Positions 51,001 to 64,000 of a stretch of 64,000 nucleotides of DNA are shown piece after piece. The translations under genes were made by a program, and so were the position numbers. Location of the stretch: assembly GCA_020137815.1 (NCBI GenBank), contig CM035356.1, positions 868,001 to 932,000 on the forward strand, in the 5' to 3' direction. The notes beneath the pieces are model-generated. The model worked only from the letters and a program-made list of their open reading frames with translations, was not told the origin of the DNA and ran no database searches. How positions within the stretch are numbered: position 1 is the first letter of the stretch; every line of letters begins with the position of its first letter. The DNA is from Hormiphora californensis. Its lineage: Eukaryota; Animalia; Ctenophora.

Positions 51001-54000
51001 CGGGAAACGATCAAAAAGCTTCGCGAGGAAGAGAGAGAAGGGTAAAGAACCCCCAATAATGCTGCTGGATGGTGTGATGTGCTAATATGGGGTGTGATTG
51101 GTGTGATTGGAATGCGTGAATGCTCGAATGATGACGCTGATCTGATGTTGTTTTGTGATTTTGTGATTTTGTCACCTCACCATTATACCTAGGACGTTGC
51201 AAGAGTTATGAAAAAAATTGAGTCTCTAAATGGCCAGCAGATTCATATTGAAGCGCAGTCTGAAAAAGCTTGGACTAGCTTTGATGAGGTCGAATCGAAG
51301 GGGTACTAATTGCTAGCACACTGAGCTATATTAGTTGCTATAGTTGTACAGACCTAGCATTATAATATCCCAACAGAGCAGTGAGCATCGGCTTAGTAGC
51401 TTGCCCAACGAGCTTCTTTTCTGCCCCAGATCTGCCTGCTAGAGCTTTTTACCGAAAAACATCAGCTGAAGCAGACATGGATGGAAGCACATACATTTTA
51501 TTCTTTTTTTAAAAACTCCTCTCAACTCTCAAGCACAGCTTCATAGTTTTCACCCCTTAGTTTTACCTCCTTAAATTTAATCAATTAATTAATTAATTGG
51601 TTATTATACACAACTAATAATGGGTGGGTCATTACTCATTAGAATTGTCACCTTTCGCTCACATTCCAAATCACTCCTCCTCCTGTTAGCACGAGGAACA
51701 ATTAAATAACACTACAGAGGGATTGCTAGGTCAGCTCCGGCAAATTCTCTCCGAAGAAGATTCAAGTCGGGCCCTTGTTCGAGATCTAATTCGTGAACGG
51801 TAATTGTTTGGATACCCATGGATATAATTGGTTAATTAAGGAATTATTTAACTTTTAAGATTATTTCTTTATCCGTTTCTTTTCTTTATATCCAGCCCAT
51901 TTCTACTCAATATCGATCCCTTTTCTTTTAATCTAACGCACATCGCCACAACGTTCACTCCTGGTTTCTCTCCCTTTTTTTCGTCGGCAAGTACCACCCC
52001 CAAGCTCTCTTGCAACAACAACACGCATGTGTTCGTGCATGTGACGTCATTTTATTCAATGATTGTAATCGCATTTGATACATGTTTCCAATATTAAGCA
52101 TTATGTGATGTTAACAGCTGATGAATGTGTTACTGTTTTTCCCCAAATAAGTTGTCAGGATTTCCTTTCCACGGGGGAAGGAAATGCTTTTCGTCCAAAT
52201 AACATCATACTACTTACTAAGCAAATTGTGTAACGGTGGTCACCTAGCAACTACACTTGCACGTGCAATTATGAGAGGGACCTGGAGACATCTCTCTCTC
52301 CCAGTTGCAGTTTGGTACCAAGGGGAAATTCAATTCTGCACGTGCATTCTTTTACTTCTGTCCTGATGTCTAGCTCTTCCACCCAAAGTGCTATTCGGCA
52401 ACGTTTATCTAGGTCCAGGAGAACTGCTGCTGTCAGGGAACAGGCTAGAGAATATGACAGATTACGCCAACGTGTTCAAGCGAGCCAATCAACGACTACG
52501 GATAGCTTTACCCAAAGTCGCCCAAGGGTGATTACTCCAGTCGAATATAGAAATCTCCAAATCGGCTACATAGCGGCCAAGTTTTCACGTGATGAGTTTC
52601 TGGAACAGCACTGCACCTCCATGACATTGATCTCTTAAATTCGCACCTCGACATTGTCAGGAAGCCCAGAGCGTACACCAACATGAATAGGGAGAAAGTG
52701 AGAGATAGGCTAGGAACGGATGGTGCAGGTGATGTCAGCGTTCCCTAATCCAGCTATCATTTCCCCGAAATTCGCCCGTAGGGCGAACGGGCCTACTAGT
52801 ATGAACTAAAGGAAATCCTGACAACTATCAACATGAAGCATTGTGTACAATGTCTTAATAATCACAGGAAAGAGATTGGTGCTGGATTTACTGTGATGGT
52901 GAAGGAGTACAATGACAAGAAGGTGGACCAGGAGAAACAACTGGAGAAGGTAGATATGGGAAGGGGGAAGGGGGGTAATAAGGGGAGCTGGTTTGGGCTG
53001 TTCTTCTACTGGACACTCAGCTCCATGATATTCCATAAAATCAACCAGATAATTCTTTTGGCCTAATAGTTTTTTTTGTTCCCTAATTCATTTGGTTCAC
53101 TAAAATTTCCCCCACAGGTACACAAAGAATTAGCGGAGGCATCACAAAACGCTGCAAAGTTAGAGAAGGAACGAAACCAACTTCACAACAGTAAGAACCC
53201 AGTTTTACACTAATGCACCACATATGATATGTTGTTTTGGGGTTTCTAAAACTCTAAAATTCTACACCCTGATCAGCCCTGAAAGGAGCAAAGACGGCAG
53301 CAGGACGATCAGCAGCATCTCTCAGACTCCTCAATGAATCGTACGTCCTTCACTACTTGTATTATCAATATTGTGCTTGGAATTTGGATTAATTTATCTC
53401 ACACATGAGTTGATCCTCTCTCACGGGTTATACAAGGATTTAGCAAGTATAACCCTACAATTTTAATCCTCTGCTTCAGGCTAAAGAATTCAAAACAAGA
53501 GTTACTGGATCAGTCAGAGGAGGCTGCCAGGTTGAAACGTGAAAATGCGGAGTTGGAGTTTCGAATTCAGCAGGCGAAGGAGGGACACAAACTAAATGTC
53601 GAACTTCTAACTGGACAGATAGAAGAGGTTTAAAAAATAATATTTTTACCAGTTGTTGCTTTATTTATGTTTATTTGAAACGCGAAATTATTTATTACAG
53701 CTGGGCTAATTTCACCAAATTTACGATATTTCACAGGTCCGTGAGTCACTGTCCTACGAGGTAGAAATGAAAACCCAGTGTCAGAAGGAACGGGAGAAGT
53801 TGAGGAAGAAAGAGCTGCAATGGAAGAAGGAGTACCAGTTTAAAATGAATCAGCTAACTATTAGAATACACTCCCTGAAGGAGCAGAACACACAGTTTAT
53901 CACTGATGTAAGTAATGTTTGTCACGTGACTGTATTACCGGCCCGGTTCGGAGAGGGCAGTCTTTTGAGAGACAATCCCATACAGATGATTTATCTGTAG

Positions 54001-57000
54001 ATAGCCGGAACAATAAATAACACTTATAAAGCCCACAAATCATAATATTAATACTACTCATGTTTCAGATAACAGACCTGAAAGTTAATATAGAGCAAGG
54101 AACGGAGCTGGTAGGTAAACTGAGGAAGCAGTCCAAACTTGATAAGGAGGAAAGTGAATATGTTATTGATGAACTTAATAACGATATCATGGATTTGGAT
54201 GTAAGTATAATTTGGTTGTTTTACCACCGTCTACACCGTAAAACGGCGAGGGGGCTGGAGGGACATTTTTTATTAGTTCCCAATTCTCAAAACCTCATTC
54301 CTATTCCGAACACGATAATACACCTCCAAAACCTCATTCCTATTCAGAACACGATAATAGACCTCCAAGTGAAGTTGGTAAAGCTACAAGACACCCTTGA
54401 GGAGATGAAACCAGTGTTTGTTAATCTGGAGGCTGAGTATGCAGATAAGCAGGTCTACTACGAGCAGGAAAAGAAAATCACAGTCGGTGAGTTTATATGA
54501 AGTAGTCATAGGGAGTTTCATGATTGTGAATCAAAACGAAATGAATGTGCGTGTGGCCAATATGACGGATGGGAATCACTGACTAAATTCCGTGACTTTT
54601 CTAACCAATTGTTTAGAACACAAGGGAGAGAAACAGTCTCTGGAGGATAAGATCTCGAAGCTAAAACGTGACATCAAGAGACTACAAATGCCAAGGGTAA
54701 GAAGCCCCTGATATATTTGACTGGAGCCTCGTTGATCCCTCTTCTTCTTGCGCCTTATTATGTTTTTTTATGCGCCAGACTTATGCACTTAGAAGTGGAA
54801 AATTCATAAAACCAACAACCAACTCCCTAACAAGCAACTCCCTAAAAACTCCCTAACAATCAACTCCCATGTCAGGAGAAACTGCAAGGACAGATCAAGG
54901 ACAGTAGGTTCAGTTCTCTCAACCAGATTCGAGAACAGGCCAGGGAAAACCTGGACACTGAACGAAATATTGAGTTGATGACGACGAAGAAGACACTGAT
55001 GATAAATTCGAATAAGAAGATTTTAGAGAAGATGAGAGAGTTGGAGAAAGATGTGAAAGATATTGATGGTAGGTGGGAAATAAGTAAAGGAAATAATGAT
55101 GATTATGTGACCTGAATTTATAACTGTTATGGGTCACTCCGATGTGTTTTTAACTGTGATGTAGGGTCACACTTGACAGTCTTTGAATCGATCCCTTATT
55201 TCCAGTTAAGTCCAGGAAAGCTAAGACTCGAGCAATGTTATTAGCTGAACGATTGTCAAAAGAGAAGCGGGACCTAATTTCCAACTACAAGAAGGACCTC
55301 GAGATGGATGGGTAAATACATTGCCTTGTATAATCATTCATAGTTTGTTGATTGTACAATCAATGCAGATTTGGCCAGCCAAGTTGATTTAGGTGCCGGC
55401 AGGCACCTCCGACCCGAAGAAAACAGCAAAAAACGAAAAAAAGAAAAAAAATTTTTTGCCCCTGCACAAAAACCCAAAAATGCCGGCCCTATTAAGAACA
55501 AAGAAAGGTCTTTTTTGGGGGGGGGGGGGGGGGGGGGGGGGCAAAAAACATGTCAACGATTGTGGCCACACCGTTTGAGATATCGACTTGAAATTTTGTA
55601 GGCATGTTCTTGTAGTATTCCTTTGTGTCATGACGTTGGCGGATTTTTGAATTTTTAATTAATTAATTAATTATAGGTAATTAAAAACGGTGCAAGGGCA
55701 CCGTGCCCCTGCACATTGCGTGTTATGTCCCTTGCACCGCGCCCTTGCACCAAATTCTATTTTCCGTTCTGCTTAAAATATCGACTTGAAACTTTGTAGG
55801 AATGTTCTTCAATCATAAAAGATGATGTTCGAAAAGTGGGAATAGTCAAAATTAATTAATTAGTTAGTTAGAGCCGTGCAAAAAATGGAATTTGGTGCAA
55901 GGGCAGGCAATGTGCAAGGGCAAATGGTGCAAGGGCAGCCCTTGCACCAATTTTATGATCGAACTGTGTCCACACCGTTTAATATTTTGACACGAAACTT
56001 TCTATGCATGTTCTAGTAGCATAACTACGAGTACTAGAAGAGCCGTATGATTAATATATCAATTAGGTAATTAATTATAGGCAAATTAATTAAAATTTGC
56101 CCCTGCACAATTTGTGCAAATTTCCCCTGAACATGTGCCCTTGCACCATTTTGTTTGCCATGCACTAAATTATATTTTCCGTTCTGCTTAAAATATCGAC
56201 TTGAAACTTTCTAGGAATGTTCTTCATGCATAAAACATATAATATAATCTACAGAAAGTGGGAATAGTCAAAATTAATTAATTAATTACTTAGAGATTAA
56301 TTTTGGGGTGGCCCCTGCACAATTTTTGCAAATTTGATATTCAAACTTTGAGCCTTTGTGAAAGTAATGAAAATTATTTATTTCAGGTTATGATGAACAA
56401 TAAGCTATAAAAACGCCCCTTTTTGTTACACAAGCCTGTGCTTGGTATCGAAGACACCTCACACTCTGTCGCCGGGCGACCTTCGCGTGCACACGCTGGC
56501 AAGGGGTAACTTCGTAACCAAAGCCTGTGCATTGTGCATAATGAAATGGATAAATTTTCATCCAGTTGCTGGCGATAGAACTCGATAGAGTTCGATTGAT
56601 TTACCATGACAACGGAGTTGGTTACCATACTAACCAGAGAATTCGTTGTAAAATAGTCCTTTCTTGCTATAAACTCGGCCTTTAGATAGAAAATTGATTT
56701 TATTCTACTCGCACTAATGCAAGGGCATTTCACAGTTTGGTGCCGTTATTTTTGTCTCTATTTTTAATAGGATTTTGGGATTAGACTGAAAGTATGGGAT
56801 CATTTGAGAAGTAGTGAAGATTTGAAAATGTTAGCAACTTGCCGGTTCGACAAACTAAACCCATATGATTCCAACTTCGGGTCGGACGAGGGGAAGCTTG
56901 CCTTTTGCGAACATTTTGTTAGAGCTAAGCAGGGATCTCTATATACAGCTAGGCTGAATCATGGTGTCTTTACTTTGTTACTGTATTCTACACACATAAC

Positions 57001-58062
57001 GTGCAATCGTATTAGTAACAACACTCCTCTCTCTCCCTAGTCTCTACGCTCGAGTTGACCTGGGCATTCTCTCGGACATCACCGAAATGCACCAAACTAC
57101 GGAACAACGTCAGGAGAAAGTAGCAGCAATCCGAGCCCAGCTGGAGCAGCAGATCGAGAAAATGGAGAACTTTATTTTCCGTGTTGGATCTCGTAAGTAC
57201 AACACATGCAATTATTCCTGTCCCTAATGATTCATACACGCTACATGGCGTTATATTACTTTTCTCTGGAGCAGCTGTCATTTTGATTTGACCTCCCCCG
57301 GTGCGCGTGTTGCTATAGAAACACGGTGCGCGCGGACATTAAAGTATGGTGTTGCACTCTTGTCAGCACTCGTACAGTAGACCCCCTCTCGTTTCAGCGA
57401 CCCCAACGTCCAACATTGTGGCATCCCCCAAACCTCTCACCGCCCTAGTGGAGATAGATCACAAACAGATCGAGGAAATTCGACCACCATGTAAGTACCG
57501 GGCCGAATTTTGTGTTATTTTGACGTCCCATTTCTCCCAGAATTAATAATTTAGAGCTCCTGTAGGGACGGGTGGAGTTACAAAGGCTCCCTTCACGGCG
57601 CAAACCGGGGCCACTAGGCACACCCTCGGTGCCTCTACCAACTTTTCCAGCGTCCTTTGATGTTCGAGTTAGCGACCAGCCCATTGCAGCTTCATTAAAC
57701 CCAAACCTGCTTTCACGCACATTATACCTTGCACTTGCTTTAAATCAACACACTGAGATAGTTTTCCAATATTATTGACAAGCACACATTCAGTTTCTAG
57801 AAAGTATAGTCCAGCCGATTCAACTTGCACTTTGCCACATTTAACAGACCTTTTTCAGTGAAATTTTCAACCATATCCCTGGCACCTATATCATGATTCA
57901 GACGGACAAGCGAGCTGAAATCTTGTACGGCCGCTTGTCTAGCTTCATACATCAAATCGCTGCAAATTAATTAGCAACTAATTAGTAATTAGGGCCATAT
58001 TTTAACCAGTTGTTGTTTCAGGGAGACCGAACAAGACAAAGACAGCACCTTGGACCAGCTAA
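45061..58062 (+). CDS. Long multi-exon coiled-coil protein, CCDC175-like
   Basis: About 20 GT-AG exons of heptad-rich sequence; N-terminal DSERQRLHDALEAETIKASVLRH...EIQQAVSDARQGNLNEI resembles CCDC175; at least one +1 frameshift (~50547). Confidence 0.6.
45833..45891 (+). pseudogene. tRNA-derived sequence lacking most of the anticodon arm (Pol III-like unit)
   Basis: Acceptor-like stem GGGTTTG/CAAACCC, A box TAGCTTAGTGG, B box GGTTCAATTCC, T-run at 45895-45899; about 15 nt too short for a tRNA. Confidence 0.65.
46111..49297 (-). CDS. LURP-one-related (LOR / Tubby C-like) family protein, 4 exons, nested antisense in the coiled-coil gene intron
   Basis: IFGPQYCYPNPFQLLLKEKAF...FKILDTAGNTFFQ|VSN...LKDMYGNDICKIKTK...YYLTIEPGVDVAFMTSLALVWD; exons approx. 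49118-49297, 48631-48728, 47234-47376, 46111-46345. Confidence 0.8.
46332..46895. repeat. ~33-nt minisatellite (~17 copies) made of the LOR gene 3' splice junction
   Basis: Minus-strand unit CCCTCTCTCCCCAG|GCACATGCAGCCCCTAAC. Confidence 0.9.
47121..47229. mobile_element. 109-bp hAT/P-type MITE (CAGGAACCGACCG family)
   Basis: 8-bp TSD TTACCCAG at 47113-47120 and 47230-47237. Confidence 0.9.
47740..48532. mobile_element. Academ-like non-autonomous element with ~290-bp TIRs
   Basis: TAG...CTA termini, 3-bp TSD TAA, near-perfect long inverted arms. Confidence 0.75.
49483..49798 (+). mobile_element. Possible short non-autonomous Helitron
   Basis: A|TC start (tentative), GC-rich hairpins at ~49725-49795 and CTAG|T end. 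Confidence 0.4.
51932..52799 (+). mobile_element. Non-autonomous Helitron carrying a RepHel N-terminus-like fragment
   Basis: A|TC 5' end; 3' hairpin GCCCGT-AGGGCGA-ACGGGC then CTAG|T; ORF 52366-52638 has an R/E/Q-rich helix like Helitron N-termini. Confidence 0.65.
55360..56750. mobile_element. Unclassified intronic repeat with ~410-bp internal duplication, TGCAAGGGCA motifs and a terminal hairpin (Helentron-like?)
   Basis: Hairpin AGGTGCC-GGCA-GGCACCT at 55391-55408; blocks at ~55760 and ~56176 are near identical. Confidence 0.45.
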
Positions 58063-59401
58063 AATGATATACCAGGGACATTTTATCAATAATTCGGCTC
58101 TATTGAGTTTTAGAAATTAGAGCGAGACTGAGAAACTGTGTATGTGTAGTACAAATTGTACATAGAATATATACTGTAGATTTTAACTTGTTCAGTGTTC
58201 TCCCTCTTTTAACCAAGACTTGTCCTCCCAATTAATATTAAACACCCCACACAGTTTGAATTATCATCCGAAAATTAACTAAAACAACTTTGTTAAACTG
58301 TGTGGAGTCTTAGCAGAAAAAGACGGAGTTTTAAAATCAAAAGAATTTTACTCAAATTGACACAAAACACACACATTAATGATCCTGTGATTGTGTGGTA
58401 AATGGTATAAGGTATGAATCACTCACACATCAAGTGTTTCAAAGCAGGGCTATAATATATGAACTCTTGCAGCCTTAAAATACTGTTGTGAATGGAAACC
58501 CGGCACAAAAAAAAAGGGAAATATAAATTTTCACACATTTTCTGTCACTACTGCATGGAACAATATCGCAGCCCCATTTTTAGTTCTAAAACACGCAATA
58601 AACATGTTTTGTAACCCTATATAATATATTGACACCATTGTCCATAGCGATCGCATTATCATCATATCGATATCCACCACGGACCGAAACAGTACGGTCC
58701 GAGATAGGGCATTGTACACACATTTATACTTATACACAAACGTTGGGTGACACAGACACACGCTATATATAACACACACGGTACGTTAAAAATGATCTCA
58801 AAATATAAAACACTCATCTGACCAAACTCACTACTGCACTGCTAATTGTTGAGTAACAACAACTGCTTGAAACATCTATCCCACGATATGACGACACACA
58901 CTACTGCTGCAGGGGGGGAATCAAACAGCAAACGAGAGGGACGGTTCCAAAATACGGCACACACACACTCGCAAAAAGATTGTTTAACAGCGCTGTTTTA
59001 GAAAGATCAACGATAAAACTAAACTGCAAAAAGTGTCAAAAGAAGGCGCACACATGTTTTGTCTTCCCTCCCAGTATATAACAAGGTATATATTTGTATA
59101 TAGATCTGAAATAGTTTCTCTGAGGATAACACGCATAAAAACAGAACTGACATCACATCTGTCATATCTTCCTAGATTGTAGAATTGTGAAGAGCATCAT
59201 TACTCTTTATCGTCGAATATCTCCCAGTTTTGGCGGGTCTGAAACGAAACAGGGGGTTAGAGACACAAATGATATCTTAAAATCAGCTCTACAATTTTGT
59301 TTCCTCCCTTTACTAGTTTTATTAAAAACAGTATGGAAGATGCGAACCTTCAAGGAGGGTGCGGGGTTATGAGAATTATGAATGTACGAAATTAACATTA
59401 T

Positions 59402-63908
<4,507 letters not shown>

Positions 63909-64000
63909 CTGAAAGAAGAAGACTGTCATTAGATGTTTGTGTGTGTGAGGGCAGTGAGTACTGATCACTGAATCACGGTACCCAGCAGGACACTGAATAC

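Overview
Eukaryotic (animal) genomic DNA: gene-dense, intron-rich and full of microsatellites and MITEs. The ~109-bp CAGGAACCGACCG...CGGTCGGTTCCTG repeat (translating to NRPNQEILVPDWLITSHVT) and the gene style suggest a ctenophore, Pleurobrachia-like; this is recall, not verified. Genes: PAXBP1/GCFC-like (+, no coding introns), a CENP-C/Mif2-like protein (+), KSR (-) hosting two antisense nested genes (an FATP/acyl-CoA synthetase-like gene and an orphan secreted protein), ABCF2 (-), 3' fragments of a C2H2 zinc-finger gene (+) and CTU1 (-) around a probable mis-scaffolded N gap, a CCDC175-like coiled-coil gene (+) hosting an antisense LURP-one/LOR gene, and most of NOS1AP/CAPON (-). There are many non-autonomous DNA transposons with readable TSDs (Mutator-, hAT/P-, Chapaev-, Academ-, mariner- and Helitron-like), several of them long foldbacks. 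Window-wide patterns: tandem arrays built from splice junctions, transposons inserted into splice signals, an acceptor AG just upstream of nearly every ATG plus a tightly packed co-oriented CTU1-ABCF2-KSR trio (possible SL trans-splicing/operon), and repeated +1 homopolymer frameshifts that are probably sequencing errors. All exon boundaries were read by eye.
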